From an uncultured Bacteroidales bacterium (GTDB taxonomy: Bacteria; Bacteroidota; Bacteroidia; Bacteroidales; UBA7960): a DNA stretch of 64,000 nt. Location: contig CAYXEH010000003.1 in assembly GCA_964463915.1 (NCBI GenBank), positions 38,547 through 102,546 of the forward strand. Direction: 5' to 3'. Positions 45,952-57,225 of the stretch are shown here, one piece after another (position 1 is the first letter of the stretch; each line of letters starts with the position of its first letter). The notes beneath the pieces are model-generated. The model was not told the DNA's origin, did not search any database, and saw only the letters and a list, made by a program, of their open reading frames with translations. A program made the translations under genes and the position numbers.

Positions 45952-46116
45952 AAGATTATTTTTTTGTGTGATATAAAATTACAAAAGCTACTGCATATAA
46001 AAAATTTTACCTCAGGGTATTTTGTCTGAATAATTTGAATAATTTAGCCAATGGAAGAACGAAAACTGCAGTTAAATGACCGGAAATTATCTTTACAGAA
46101 CCTTCTACGATCCGAC

Positions 46117-46650
46117 ATGAAAATTTCAATAATCAGTATTCTCATAATTATCATTGTTATTGGCTGCAGGTCAACACAAGAGACGGCAGATATGAATGAT
46201 GAAGGAAAGATTATTTGGGAAAACCCGGTAATCCAGCCAAGAAATCACCCGGGGATTGAACGCATTTTCCAACAGGACGGAGATAGGCGGCAGGAAAATA
46301 ATGAATCAGGGCTGAAGGATTTTATCGACCGCACAAATTCCGGATTCAGGGATAGTAAAATCAGTATTGAGGAAGCCAACAAGGTGTATGAGATGCTCCA
46401 TGACTCCGGAATGCTCTTTAATGAGCCGATTGGCATGCCGGATCCCGACGAGCCACGTTCACATGAAACGGTTGATGACCTGAAAAAGCGGGTCGCCATC
46501 CGTAAAATAGACGAAAATACTTATTATATATTCTTTGTCAGAACCTCTTGTGGTTTCACTTATTTCTATGGCTATTTTTCCATGCCCGATCAAGCAGAAA
46601 ACCTTAATTTACAACCCATTGAAAGCTGGCGTGCCTCTGTACCCTGCTAA
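46117..46650 (+). CDS. Hypothetical lipoprotein
   Basis: ATG 46117 (MKISIISILIIIIVIGC, lipobox-like) is preferred over the track start at 46051. 177 aa, no recognisable domain. Confidence 0.55.
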   Translation: MKISIISILIIIIVIGCRSTQETADMNDEGKIIWENPVIQPRNHPGIERIFQQDGDRRQENNESGLKDFIDRTNSGFRDSKISIEEANKVYEMLHDSGMLFNEPIGMPDPDEPRSHETVDDLKKRVAIRKIDENTYYIFFVRTSCGFTYFYGYFSMPDQAENLNLQPIESWRASVPC

Positions 46651-46690
46651 CACTCTATACCCTGCAAATACTCCGTATCCTGTTATTTTT
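46637..46690. repeat. Three tandem 18-bp units (CTGTACCCTGCTAACACT / CTATACCCTGCAAATACT / CCGTATCCTGTTATTTTT)
   Basis: Units 1 and 2 are 15/18 identical; unit 3 is degenerate. The array spans the lipoprotein stop codon (46648..46650) and ends 20 nt before the S8 protease ATG. Confidence 0.55.
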
Positions 46691-46710
46691 TTTACCTGTA
46701 ATTCATCCAA

Positions 46711-49700
46711 ATGCCTATTTCAATGTATCAGCGCTCAGTAATTATTCTGCTTATTTTCCTTACAGCTGTCTTTAATATTTACGGTCAGCAAGGGACTCCC
46801 CGACAAACCAAACTGAAGTCTTTGCAAGAGACCCTGAAGTTCAGTTCAACGGAGATTCTGGATGACATGGCAGCCAACAGGCAACTGGCTCATTCGATTG
46901 CCGGTGACAAAGGGTGGGTCACCAGGCAGGTACTTCCCAATGGTGATATGATCTCACTGGAAGGGGTGGACAGCAACGGGCTGCCCATCTATTATACCAC
47001 CGAATTCAATCTTTATGCAGCAGCCACCACCGGCACCGACAAACTATGGACGGGTGGTGGCCCCGGTCTTAACCTGACAGGTGGTTCTCCTTTCATGGAT
47101 GGCAAACTGGCTATATGGGATGGAGGCAATGTACGCGGAGGCCACCAGGAAATCTCCCGTCGCTCTACAGCGAACAACCCGGACGCTGATATCAGCAATC
47201 ATGCCACCCACGTGGCAGGTACCATGATCGCTGCAGGGGTGAATCCACTGGCCAAAGGCATGGCTCATGGAGCCAATGATATCATGTCATGGGATTTCAG
47301 CAATGACGGGGAAGAAATGACAGATGCTGCCGACAGTTTACTGGTATCCAACCATTCTTACGGGAGACTTGCCGGATGGCGTTTTAATAGTGACAGAGAC
47401 GGCACATCCTCTGATCCTAACTGGGAGTGGCGGGGAGATGTCTCTGTAAGCAAGGAAGAAGATTATATATTTGGATACTACAGCAGCAGAGCCCGGCTGT
47501 GGGACATGATCGCCTATTACTCACCCTATTACCTGATCGTAAAATCTGCAGGCAATAACCGGGGCTCAAATGGGCCTTCTGTGGGCCAACCTTACTGGCA
47601 TTATGACGAAACAGGCGACTGGACCCTTGCCAACCGCACACAGGATATGAGCAGTAATGACGGGTATAATACAGTAGCTGCCTATGGGAATGCCAAAAAT
47701 ATTCTGAGTGTGGGTGCGGTAAGTGCGATCAAAAACGGATACCGTAAACCTGAAGAAGTCATCGTGTCGGGTTTTTCCAGCTGGGGGCCAACAGATGACG
47801 GAAGGATCAAGCCGGACATCGTAGCCAACGGTGTCAGTGTATATTCAGCCTCATCCAGTGGAAATGCCGATTACACAACAATGAGCGGTACTTCGATGTC
47901 CGCCCCGAATACTTCCGGCACCCTGTTCTTGCTTCAGGAACACTATCACCAGCTGAACGATACCTTTATGCTCAGTTCCACGCTGAAGGGGCTGGTATGT
48001 CATACAGCCAATCCCGCCGGAAACCCCGGGCCAGATTATATATACGGATGGGGTCTTCTGGATGCAGAGTCAGCAGCCCGGGCAATCACCGATAACGGCA
48101 ATGGAGCAGTTATTGAAGAAAATACCCTCATTGAGCAGGATACCCTCACCCTGGAATTAACCGCTTCAGGCAGGGAAGCTCTTTCAGTAACCATTGCCTG
48201 GACTGATCCGGAAGCGGATCCCCTTGAGGTAAACCAGGAAGTGCTGAATAACCGGACTCCACGCCTGGTCAATGACCTGGATCTTCGTGTAACGGATATG
48301 GATTCCATCTTTAAGCCCTGGGTATTGGATGTAGAAAACCCGGAGGCCTTTGCCACAACCGGAGATAATATAGTGGACAACATTGAGCAGATATATATTG
48401 AGCACCCCGTTCCCGGCAAAACCTATACCATCACTGTAACCCATAAAAACGACAGCCTTGTCAGGGGGTCGCAAAATTTCTCCCTGATCGCCACCGGCGT
48501 TGGGGGTGAACCCTTGCCGGTTTCTGAGGCCCTGGATGAGAAGGGCATATTTATCCAGGACTTCAACCTCAATACCCTTGACAATGAACAGGAAGGAGGC
48601 TGTCATACCTACCGTGATTTCACCAATATGAAAACAGTTCTTAAGGCCGGAGGTTCCTACCCTTTTGAAGTCAACACAGGCTATTGTGAAGAATATGGAC
48701 CTCACGTCATAAGTATTTACGCCGACTGGAACTCCGATGGAATCTTTGATGAAGATGAAATTGTGGCTACCTCTGCCGTGAAAGATTCTCCGGGCAGCTT
48801 TACAGGAACATTGAATGTTCCGATTCACGTCGGGTCAGGATCCACAGCAATTCTCCGTGTGGTCGCTAAGGAAACAGATCACCCGGATGAGATGGCCCCG
48901 GACCTTGATTATCAAAGAGGGGAGACCCAGGATTACCTCCTGGTATTTGATCGTGCCACAACTGACGTGCAAATTTCCGGGCTTCCGGGCCTCTCGGGAG
49001 TTCTTTGTCCCTCCGAACACCAATCAGTCACGGTCAGTCTGGAAAACAACGGCTCAGAACCTGTCAGCGAGATTCTTCTGCAAGCTGTCTTATATGAAGA
49101 TGAACAACCTTCAGATACCATCAAAGAGGTCTATTCCAATGAACTTGATGCATTGTCTGCTGACGTCTTCCGTTTCAACGACACATTTACCACTTTGCCT
49201 GACAGTGATTACATGGTGGAGGTTTCTGTGATGCAACCCGAAACACTTCTGGGAGATCATGGTACATTACAGGTATTATTTCAGACCGGAAACAGGCCCC
49301 CGCCCCCTTCTGCAAAGGCAGTTGTCTGTCAAGGAGAAGAGGAGACCAGGTTATCGGCCCAGGGAGCAGGCACTGTTTATTGGTATAGCGATGCAGAAGA
49401 CGGAGACCTTTTGGCTGTGGGTTCGGATCCCGTGCTGGATCACCGGCCCGAATCCGCAAAGGTTTTTGCGGGATTTGACAATTTATATACCGGAATCGGG
49501 CCCAAACAAAAAGAAGAGTATCCATGGACGAACGGCACCTACACCCGAGCCACCGCCCACCCTGTTTTCACCACCCATGTACCATTGGTGATCCGTTCTG
49601 CCAGGTTATATATTGGTCATCCAGGTGAGGTAACCTTTTCGGTGGTCAACTATCAAACGGGGGAAGTTGTTTCCATTGCCGAGCTCAATGTAACAGCCAC

Positions 49701-50469
49701 CAGAAGCACGCCCACAGATGAAATTGGCGCGCCGGATGACCCGGAAGATGAAGGCAGGGTATATCAGTTAAACCTGGTTATACCAGAACCTGGCAAGTAC
49801 AGGTTACGTATCTCCTACGGATCCCGGACTACCATATTCCGTTCAGCGGGCAACACTTCCAATCCTTATCCTTATGAGGTTCCTGATGTGATGGAGATCA
49901 CAGAAACCTCAGCCAGCGAATCCACAGATTATTATTACTGGCTATATGACACAAAAATCGAAGCCTACGGATGTGCCAGTGAACTGCAGGAAGTAGAAAT
50001 AGAGGATGTGGAAAATCCGGTGGTTAAGCTGGATGACTGGTCGTACCTGGATGAGGGCCAGCTGATCCTTGATGCACGTAACCCGGGCGCCGACTACAGG
50101 TGGAGCACCGGAGCCCGCACACAAAAAATTGCCCCGGTGTTTTCCGGAAATTACTGGGTGGTTGTCACCAATGAACAAGGATGCCAGGCCAGGGATGAAA
50201 TAAAAGTCACGGAAACCTCGGCGGAGGAACCCCTCAAAGCTGAAGTCCGTGTTTATCCAAACCCGACAGACCATTTACTCATTATTGAATCACCCGGGAA
50301 GATAAAGGCAGAGCTGTTCTCCGTTGAAGGACGGCTGCACCGTACGGCATTCAATGAAGGGGGACAGACCCTGATGGATGTATCAGATATTCAAAAAGGC
50401 ATATACCTGCTGCGCCTGACGGATCCGGACAACGGCAACACCGCCACCTACAGGGTAATGATTCGTTAG
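46711..50469 (+). CDS. S8-family (subtilisin-like) serine peptidase with T9SS C-terminal sorting domain
   Basis: 1,252 aa. Signal peptide, catalytic motifs HATHVAGT and SGTSMSAPN. C-terminal ~80 aa (VRVYPNPTDHLLIIES..GIYLLRL..TYRVMIR) matches the Por/T9SS type A sorting domain. Confidence 0.9.
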   Translation: MPISMYQRSVIILLIFLTAVFNIYGQQGTPRQTKLKSLQETLKFSSTEILDDMAANRQLAHSIAGDKGWVTRQVLPNGDMISLEGVDSNGLPIYYTTEFNLYAAATTGTDKLWTGGGPGLNLTGGSPFMDGKLAIWDGGNVRGGHQEISRRSTANNPDADISNHATHVAGTMIAAGVNPLAKGMAHGANDIMSWDFSNDGEEMTDAADSLLVSNHSYGRLAGWRFNSDRDGTSSDPNWEWRGDVSVSKEEDYIFGYYSSRARLWDMIAYYSPYYLIVKSAGNNRGSNGPSVGQPYWHYDETGDWTLANRTQDMSSNDGYNTVAAYGNAKNILSVGAVSAIKNGYRKPEEVIVSGFSSWGPTDDGRIKPDIVANGVSVYSASSSGNADYTTMSGTSMSAPNTSGTLFLLQEHYHQLNDTFMLSSTLKGLVCHTANPAGNPGPDYIYGWGLLDAESAARAITDNGNGAVIEENTLIEQDTLTLELTASGREALSVTIAWTDPEADPLEVNQEVLNNRTPRLVNDLDLRVTDMDSIFKPWVLDVENPEAFATTGDNIVDNIEQIYIEHPVPGKTYTITVTHKNDSLVRGSQNFSLIATGVGGEPLPVSEALDEKGIFIQDFNLNTLDNEQEGGCHTYRDFTNMKTVLKAGGSYPFEVNTGYCEEYGPHVISIYADWNSDGIFDEDEIVATSAVKDSPGSFTGTLNVPIHVGSGSTAILRVVAKETDHPDEMAPDLDYQRGETQDYLLVFDRATTDVQISGLPGLSGVLCPSEHQSVTVSLENNGSEPVSEILLQAVLYEDEQPSDTIKEVYSNELDALSADVFRFNDTFTTLPDSDYMVEVSVMQPETLLGDHGTLQVLFQTGNRPPPPSAKAVVCQGEEETRLSAQGAGTVYWYSDAEDGDLLAVGSDPVLDHRPESAKVFAGFDNLYTGIGPKQKEEYPWTNGTYTRATAHPVFTTHVPLVIRSARLYIGHPGEVTFSVVNYQTGEVVSIAELNVTATRSTPTDEIGAPDDPEDEGRVYQLNLVIPEPGKYRLRISYGSRTTIFRSAGNTSNPYPYEVPDVMEITETSASESTDYYYWLYDTKIEAYGCASELQEVEIEDVENPVVKLDDWSYLDEGQLILDARNPGADYRWSTGARTQKIAPVFSGNYWVVVTNEQGCQARDEIKVTETSAEEPLKAEVRVYPNPTDHLLIIESPGKIKAELFSVEGRLHRTAFNEGGQTLMDVSDIQKGIYLLRLTDPDNGNTATYRVMIR

Positions 50470-50602
50470 GGAATCATCACCTGCCAGCATGATTTGTTTT
50501 TACCCCGTTCCATTGCAATATTCAGACAATGGATCCTGATTTAATATCTCTTTTGAGTTGATCCTCCATTGAAGCCGGTTTCACATTGATCTGCAGAAAA
50601 TG

Positions 50603-50610
50603 TATATTTG
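50603..50610 (+). promoter_or_regulatory. Candidate -7 box TATATTTG for the aldehyde dehydrogenase gene
   Basis: Matches TAnnTTTG, 21 nt before the ATG at 50632. Confidence 0.4.
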
Positions 50611-50631
50611 ATGGTGATATAAAAATTGCCT

Positions 50632-52023
50632 ATGGAACCTATTGAGAAAGATCAATTAAAGAAAACCTGTTTGGCACAACGCAGGTTCTTTGCCACGCGG
50701 AAAACCCGCGAATTACAGTTCAGGAAAGCACAGCTGATTAAACTCAGAAAGACCATCACGAAATACGAACAAGGGATTATCGATGCCCTTTGGCAGGACC
50801 TGAGGAAATCACCGGAAGAAACTTACCTGACCGAGATCAGTGTGGTGCTGATGGAAATCAGTCACCACCTGAAAAACATGAGCCGTTGGGCACGTACACG
50901 CCGGCGCCCTACTCCATTCCACCTGAGGCCATCCAAAAGCAGACTCATGATTGAACCCCTGGGACGTGCGCTGATTATTGCCCCGTGGAACTACCCCTTT
51001 CATTTGATGATGAGCCCCCTTGTGGGAGCCATTTCTGCAGGGTGCTGTGCCATTCTGAAACCATCCCCGGATGCCAGGGCCACTTCCGCTTTAATGAAAG
51101 AAATAATCCGCGAAACCTTCGATCCGGAATACATTTCCCTGGTAGAAGGGGGCCGGGAAGTCAATACCCTGTTGCTCGAACAGCGCCATGACCTGATTTT
51201 CTTCACCGGCAGCACCAAAGTCGGGAAGGTTGTAATGGAAGCCGCAGCAAAATACCTGACCCCGGTTTTACTGGAACTGGGTGGAAAGAGCCCATGTATT
51301 GTAGATAAAGACGCCAAAGTGGATGTGGCAGCCAGACGGATCGCATGGGGTAAGACCATAAATGCCGGACAAACTTGCGTGGCGCCCGATTATGTGCTGG
51401 TTCATGAGAGCCTGAAGGAGGAACTGATATCGGAAATAATCAAACATCTCGAGTCAATGTACGGGAAAGATCCCCGGAAAAGCCCGCATTATCCGAGGAT
51501 TATCAACAATAAGGCCATGGACAGGCTTCTGGGGTATCTGCAGGAAGGAAATATCATTTACGGAGGAAAGGCAGATACGTCAGACAACTACATCTCCCCC
51601 ACCCTGATGGACGAGGTAGGGGGAAATGACCCCATCATGCAAAATGAAATATTTGGCCCTCTTTTGCCGGTGATTTCATTTAAAGATATTGAGGACGCCA
51701 TAAAAATTATCAATGACCGGGAAAAACCCCTGGCGTTTTATTATTTCGGCAACAATCACAAAGCAAAAGGAGTATTATCCAGGGTCTCCTCCGGAGGGGT
51801 CTGTCTTAATGACACCATCCTGCACGTCGCAAATCACCATCTGCCCTTCGGCGGGGTAGGTCACAGCGGTACCGGCAGATACCACGGAAAGGAAAGTTTC
51901 CTGGCATTCAGCAACCGCCGGGCAGTGCTGCAGACTCCAACCTGGCCTGATCTTCCTTTTCAATATCCGCCGTTCAAAATGTTCGGGTGGGTAAAAAACT
52001 ACCTGGACCGGAAAGGGAAGTAA
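50632..52023 (+). CDS. Aldehyde dehydrogenase (ALDH3-like)
   Basis: The track start at 50626 is a TTG, and ATG 50632 (MEPIEKDQ) is more likely. ELGGKSP, catalytic Cys context NAGQTCVAPDY and EIFGPLLPV. Confidence 0.9.
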   Translation: MEPIEKDQLKKTCLAQRRFFATRKTRELQFRKAQLIKLRKTITKYEQGIIDALWQDLRKSPEETYLTEISVVLMEISHHLKNMSRWARTRRRPTPFHLRPSKSRLMIEPLGRALIIAPWNYPFHLMMSPLVGAISAGCCAILKPSPDARATSALMKEIIRETFDPEYISLVEGGREVNTLLLEQRHDLIFFTGSTKVGKVVMEAAAKYLTPVLLELGGKSPCIVDKDAKVDVAARRIAWGKTINAGQTCVAPDYVLVHESLKEELISEIIKHLESMYGKDPRKSPHYPRIINNKAMDRLLGYLQEGNIIYGGKADTSDNYISPTLMDEVGGNDPIMQNEIFGPLLPVISFKDIEDAIKIINDREKPLAFYYFGNNHKAKGVLSRVSSGGVCLNDTILHVANHHLPFGGVGHSGTGRYHGKESFLAFSNRRAVLQTPTWPDLPFQYPPFKMFGWVKNYLDRKGK

Positions 52024-52046
52024 CACGAAAATCATATATTAACCAA

Positions 52047-53816
52047 ATGGAACAGAACCTGGTATTTGGCACCCTGCTTTTGGTACTTGCACTGTTTTCC
52101 TGGGGACGGATCAGGCATGACGGAGTGGCCCTGATTGCTTTGTTTATCCTGGTGATTGCCGGGATCATTCCTGCAGAAGAAAGCTTCAACGGCTTCGGCC
52201 ATCCGGCGGTGATCACCGTAGCTGCCGTACTGGTTATCGGGAAAGGACTGGAAATATCGGGACTGATCGACCTGTTGGGGAAATGGGTCATGAAGGTAGG
52301 CAAAGGATTGTTGACACAGATCATCACCCTGTCGGTGATCGTCGCTGTGGCCTCCGCCTTCATGAACAACGTAGGAGCCCTGGCCATCATGATGCCTGTC
52401 GCCATCACCCTTGCCCGAAAAAGCGGCAATCCTCCCTCCTATATCCTGATGCCCATAGCCTTTGCTTCGCTGCTCGGCGGCATGAGCACCTTGATCGGGA
52501 CACCACCGAACATCATCATTGCCACCCTCAGGGGCGATGAACTTGGCACTTCCTTCAGCATGTTTGACTTTTCCCCGGTGGGAGCCGGTCTGGCGATTGC
52601 CGGAATACTGTTCATCTCATTGATCGGATGGCGGTTATTGCCGAAAAGGGCTGCACAAAAGTCCGCCTCTGAGTTGTTTGATGTGGATGAGTATATCACA
52701 GAGGTAAAAGTAGGCCGTGATGCAAAGGTTAAGGGAAGCACCATAGATGAGTTACAGAAATTAAGTGACACTGATGTCCAGATCCTGGGTATGGTACGTA
52801 AAGGAAAACGAATCCATGCACCCGGCCCGGAAGAGGTACTGAAAGTCAGCGATGTGATCATTCTTGAAGCGGATGCAGAGAATCTGAAGGAATTTCTGGA
52901 CGATACCGGCCTGAAACTGGTGGGCGACAAAAAATTCCGCAAAGATGCGGAAGGATCAAAAAACATTGTGATCGCAGAAGGCATTCTGACCCCTGACTCC
53001 CCGATCACAGGACAATCCGCAGCCAAACTTCAGATGCGCAGCCGTTACGGGGTAAATCTGCTTGCTGTTGCCCGGAAAGACCAGAAAATCAGGAGAAGAC
53101 TCGACCAGGTGGTTTTTAAAACCGGTGACGTACTGCTGCTTCAGGGACGTGAACACACTGTGGATAACGCCATGACCTCACTGGGGTGTCTGCCCCTGGC
53201 TCACCGCGGACTGAGGATTGGTTACAAACAAAAGATCCCGCTGGCCCTCGGGATTTTTGCTACGGCCATTGTGATGGTTGTTACCGGCCTGCTGGCCGTA
53301 CAGGTGGCTTTTGCCATGGCAGCAGTGGCCATGGTCCTGTCACGGGTATTGCCGTTGAAGAACGTATATGATCACATCGACTGGCCCGTCATTATTTTGC
53401 TCGGGGCCATGATCCCGGTGGGAAGTGCCCTGGAAACCACAGGAGGCGCAGAAACAATCGCATCACATATCCTCCGCTCTGCAGAGGCGATCCCCCCCTG
53501 GGCCATTCTTGCCATCATCCTGGTGGTAACCATGTTCCTGTCGGATATCATCAATAACGCAGCTACGGTGGTTCTGATGGCTCCCATAGCCATCAGCGTG
53601 GCTTCCGGGATGGGCTTCTCTGTGGATCCATTCCTGATGGCTGTGGCAGTAGGCGGATCCTGCGCCTTCCTCACTCCCATCGGTCACCAGTCAAACACCC
53701 TGGTGATGGGCCCGGGCGGATACAAATTCACTGATTACTGGCGCATGGGGCTTCCCCTGGAGGTAATCATCGTGGTGGTAGGAGTTCCCCTGATCATGCT
53801 GGTGTGGCCCCTGTAA
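52047..53816 (+). CDS. SLC13/DASS-family permease with two central TrkA-C domains
   Basis: ATG 52047 (MEQNLVFGTLLL) is preferred, since the track start at 51987 overlaps the ALDH gene. 589 aa. Hydrophobic halves flank a soluble segment with duplicated TrkA-C-like repeats (EVKVGRDAKVKGSTIDEL.. and EGILTPDSPITGQSAAKL..). Confidence 0.82.
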   Translation: MEQNLVFGTLLLVLALFSWGRIRHDGVALIALFILVIAGIIPAEESFNGFGHPAVITVAAVLVIGKGLEISGLIDLLGKWVMKVGKGLLTQIITLSVIVAVASAFMNNVGALAIMMPVAITLARKSGNPPSYILMPIAFASLLGGMSTLIGTPPNIIIATLRGDELGTSFSMFDFSPVGAGLAIAGILFISLIGWRLLPKRAAQKSASELFDVDEYITEVKVGRDAKVKGSTIDELQKLSDTDVQILGMVRKGKRIHAPGPEEVLKVSDVIILEADAENLKEFLDDTGLKLVGDKKFRKDAEGSKNIVIAEGILTPDSPITGQSAAKLQMRSRYGVNLLAVARKDQKIRRRLDQVVFKTGDVLLLQGREHTVDNAMTSLGCLPLAHRGLRIGYKQKIPLALGIFATAIVMVVTGLLAVQVAFAMAAVAMVLSRVLPLKNVYDHIDWPVIILLGAMIPVGSALETTGGAETIASHILRSAEAIPPWAILAIILVVTMFLSDIINNAATVVLMAPIAISVASGMGFSVDPFLMAVAVGGSCAFLTPIGHQSNTLVMGPGGYKFTDYWRMGLPLEVIIVVVGVPLIMLVWPL

Positions 53817-54017
53817 TCAGCCCCTATACACCAGCCTGTATCCGGTTATGGAACCGCAGCTACATTCCGGCCTGAACTTTGCATAAAACACTCAGGGCCC
53901 ATACCTGGCTGGCATGCCTGCGAATATCGAATTCTTTCCCTCTGTCATATAATCAAATTCCCGTGTCTTTATTATATTTACAAAAACAAACCAATTATTC
54001 ACCAATCTGATGCTGGA

Positions 54018-55103
54018 ATGAAAAGCAGGTATTCTTTGAAATTGGGTAAACCTTTTGGGATTCAGGTCTCCGTCCACTGGACTTTTTCGCTCCTGATCGC
54101 CTGGATTGTACTAATTAGTGTAAGCCGCGGAATGGAGACCACACAAATACTGATGCATGTGTTGTTTGTACTGGCTCTTTTTGTTTGTGTGGTATTGCAT
54201 GAACTCGGGCACTCCCTGGCCGCCATCCGGCTTGGAGGAGAGGTTAAAAGCATCACCCTGCTTCCCATCGGCGGAATGGCCAATATGTCCAAAATGCCGG
54301 AAAACCCCAAAGAAGAGTTTTTAGTCTCAGCAGCAGGCCCATTGGTAAACATTGTCATTGCAGCAATTTTATGGGGATATCTGTTAACCTTTCATTCGAC
54401 GCCGATCAACCAGATGGAGTTCGAGGCCATTACCATCAATAATTTCCCGCTGATGCTCATGGCAGCCAATCTTTTCATCGTGGCTTTCAACCTTATCCCG
54501 GCTTTCCCTATGGACGGCGGAAGGCTTTTCCGCTCTGCACTCTCCATCCGGATGAGCCGCCTGAAAGCAACCCGGATCGCCAAAGACATCGGGCAGGTAT
54601 TTGCCGTCATTTTTATCATTGCAGGATTGTTCTTTAATCCTTTTTTGGTCATCATCGGTTTTTTCATCCTCCTTGGGGCAAAGGGAGAATATGAAATGAT
54701 CAAATACCAGGATGTGCTGAAAAATTACACTGTGGATGACATCATCAGCACTTCCTATGCGGAACTCGATGCCGAAGACAGCCTGGGAAAGGCCGCAGAA
54801 AAACTGATACATATTTCAGACAATGGTTTTGTAATCAAATCAGATGGAGAGTACACGGGTATTTTAACGAAAAATGATTTGATCAACGGATTGAATGCGC
54901 ATGGAAAAGAGGGCAAAATCCGGGATGTAATGCGTACCAGCATAGATCACGTTGACGCAGACACCCCTTTATTTGAAGTGTATCAGCACATGCAGAAAAA
55001 CAGGCTTTACCTGCTCCCGGTATTCTCGGATGACCAATTCAGGGGAGTGCTGGATCTGGAGAATCTCAACGAATTCTTCCTGATCAGAAAAGCCCTGGTT
55101 TAA
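54018..55103 (+). CDS. M50-family site-2 protease with tandem CBS domains
   Basis: 361 aa. HELGH zinc motif in a TM helix, [12 protein letters not shown] second motif, C-terminal CBS pair. Confidence 0.85.
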   Translation: MKSRYSLKLGKPFGIQVSVHWTFSLLIAWIVLISVSRGMETTQILMHVLFVLALFVCVVLHELGHSLAAIRLGGEVKSITLLPIGGMANMSKMPENPKEEFLVSAAGPLVNIVIAAILWGYLLTFHSTPINQMEFEAITINNFPLMLMAANLFIVAFNLIPAFPMDGGRLFRSALSIRMSRLKATRIAKDIGQVFAVIFIIAGLFFNPFLVIIGFFILLGAKGEYEMIKYQDVLKNYTVDDIISTSYAELDAEDSLGKAAEKLIHISDNGFVIKSDGEYTGILTKNDLINGLNAHGKEGKIRDVMRTSIDHVDADTPLFEVYQHMQKNRLYLLPVFSDDQFRGVLDLENLNEFFLIRKALV

Positions 55104-56323
55104 TTTTTCCAGATGGCTTCCTTTACCACAGGGACATCCGGGATTACCACACTGAAGGTTGACCCTTCTCCTGGTCTGCTTTTTAAATGGATATTCCCGC
55201 CCATCAGGTTGATCAGTTTCTTTGAAATGCTAAGACCCAGCCCTGTGCCTCCGTATTCGCCCGGGGCCTGATCACATTGTTGAGAGAATGGCTTGAATAT
55301 GTTGTCAATTTCTTGTTGTTGAACTCCTTTCCCGGTATCTTTCACCCAAATAAACAGTTTGCCGGCTGAAGATCCGGGCTCTTTGTCAAATCCAGCTATA
55401 AGCCGAACCGATCCCGTATGGGTGAATTTAATCGCATTGTCAAGCAGGTTATACAGTACCTGCCGCAACCGGAAGGTATCCAGCCTGACAACTGGGGGCA
55501 ACAATTCATCCAACCTGCAATCAAAATCCAGGCCTTTTCGACGGGCTTTTTCGGAAAAGATCATTCCCATCTCCTGTAACAGGGATTTTATGTCCACCTC
55601 CATCGGAGAAATTTCAACGCGGCCGGCATCAATTTTTGAAAAATCAAGGACATTGTTCACTAACTTCAACAGGTGTTCTCCACTGCTGTTTACAAGTTTA
55701 ATCATTCTTTTATTCTCATATTCCTCCAGCCTTTTATACAACACCTCGCTGAATCCCAGGATCGCATTCATCGGGGTACGTATTTCATGACTGATATTGG
55801 CAAGGAAAAAAGATTTGGCTTTTTCAGCCTTTTCTGCTTTTTCTTTCGCAAGGATCAGTTCCTGTTCAAATTCTTTCAGGTCTGTGATATCGGTCAGCGT
55901 TCCCTGTAACCCGACCACTTTCCCTTCACGGAGCAAAGGTCTTGCCTTGGTTCTGACCCAGACAACACCTTTGTTTTTTTTCAGAAACCGGTATTCTGAA
56001 GGCTCCATGGTCCCGGAAAAGACTTTACGGAACTGCGCCATACGCTCTTTCCTGTCTTCCGGATGGACGAATTCCACAAAATTCTTCCCAAATACCTCAT
56101 CGGCGGTGTACCCGCTGATCCATTCTATATTTGGAGATATATAGGTGACATTGGCATGCTGATCAATGGTATAAATTACCTCGTTCAGGTTCTCCAGGAG
56201 CATCTTGTAATGATCACGGCTTTGGGAAATATCCCGGATACGGCTTTCAAGCTCAGCAATTTTCTCATTGCAGGCTTTATCCCTGTTTTTCTCATCATTA
56301 TTATCTGACACATATTGGTTCAT
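55100..56323 (-). CDS. PAS-domain sensor histidine kinase (soluble, no adjacent response regulator)
   Basis: ATG 56323 (MNQYVSDNN) is preferred; the track start at 56377 is a GTG. Coiled coil plus PAS ([24 protein letters not shown]), H-box [12 protein letters not shown]-box [10 protein letters not shown]-box [11 protein letters not shown]. Confidence 0.85.
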   Translation of the reverse strand: MNQYVSDNNDEKNRDKACNEKIAELESRIRDISQSRDHYKMLLENLNEVIYTIDQHANVTYISPNIEWISGYTADEVFGKNFVEFVHPEDRKERMAQFRKVFSGTMEPSEYRFLKKNKGVVWVRTKARPLLREGKVVGLQGTLTDITDLKEFEQELILAKEKAEKAEKAKSFFLANISHEIRTPMNAILGFSEVLYKRLEEYENKRMIKLVNSSGEHLLKLVNNVLDFSKIDAGRVEISPMEVDIKSLLQEMGMIFSEKARRKGLDFDCRLDELLPPVVRLDTFRLRQVLYNLLDNAIKFTHTGSVRLIAGFDKEPGSSAGKLFIWVKDTGKGVQQQEIDNIFKPFSQQCDQAPGEYGGTGLGLSISKKLINLMGGNIHLKSRPGEGSTFSVVIPDVPVVKEAIWKN

Positions 56324-56439
56324 CTCTTCAGGACAAATAACAAATAAGACAACTAATAATTCATTGGATAACTCCACGAAATTAAGAATTATTATATTTT
56401 TACCGACAGAAATCCCGTTTAATTAATAATCCAAAACAA

Positions 56440-57225
56440 ATGATAGAAGTCAACAATCTCTGCAAAGACTTTCCCCTCAACAAAAAACAACAGGATGAAA
56501 CGGGGGTAAAACAGAAACACCTCAGGGTACTGGATCATATTGGTTTTGAGTGCCGGCCCGGCAGAATATTCAGCCTGCTTGGCCCCAATGGTGCCGGCAA
56601 AACAACCACCCTGAGGATTATCGCCACCATCCTGAAAGCAAGCGCCGGACAAGTAAAGGTTTGTGGAATTGACCTGAATGACAACCCCCTGGCTGCCCGC
56701 GGTAAAATGGGATTTCTGACAGGTACAACGGGCTTGTATGAGCGGCTCACCCCCAATGAGATCCTTGGATACTTTGGAAAATTACAGGGCATGGAGAGGC
56801 AGCAGGTGAACGAAAGCAAAAGCAGGTTATTTGACCTTCTTGACATGCACAGTTTTGCCAACAAGAGAATCGGGAAGCTTTCCACCGGAATGAAACAAAA
56901 AGTCAGCATTTGCCGGACCATGATACATGATCCTGAGGTGGTGGTTTTCGATGAACCAACCACAGGACTTGACGTGATCACGGCACGAAACATCATCAAC
57001 CTGATCCGTGACTGCAAAGAACAGAACAAAACGGTCATTTTCTCCTCACACATCATGAGCGAGGTGGATCTGCTTTGCGACGACCTGGCGATCATTCACC
57101 AGGGGAAAATCCTTTTCAATGACACCATGGAAAATTTCCGGGGGCAAATGCAAACCCCGAATCTGACCGAAGAATTTATTCAAATTGTACAAAAGGCCAC
57201 ACTGCATAATCAAACCAAACAATGA
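56440..57225 (+). CDS. ABC transporter ATP-binding protein (NatA-like)
   Basis: 261 aa. Walker A GPNGAGKTT, signature LSTGMKQK, Walker B VVVFDEPTTGLD. Confidence 0.9.
   Translation: MIEVNNLCKDFPLNKKQQDETGVKQKHLRVLDHIGFECRPGRIFSLLGPNGAGKTTTLRIIATILKASAGQVKVCGIDLNDNPLAARGKMGFLTGTTGLYERLTPNEILGYFGKLQGMERQQVNESKSRLFDLLDMHSFANKRIGKLSTGMKQKVSICRTMIHDPEVVVFDEPTTGLDVITARNIINLIRDCKEQNKTVIFSSHIMSEVDLLCDDLAIIHQGKILFNDTMENFRGQMQTPNLTEEFIQIVQKATLHNQTKQ

Noticed and set aside
45952-46050. Looked for a TPP riboswitch upstream of the MTH1187/YkoF-like thiamine-binding gene
   Set aside because: No CTGAGA / ACCTGATCTGGATAATGCCAGCG-type core on the minus strand. The region is simple AT-rich promoter sequence.
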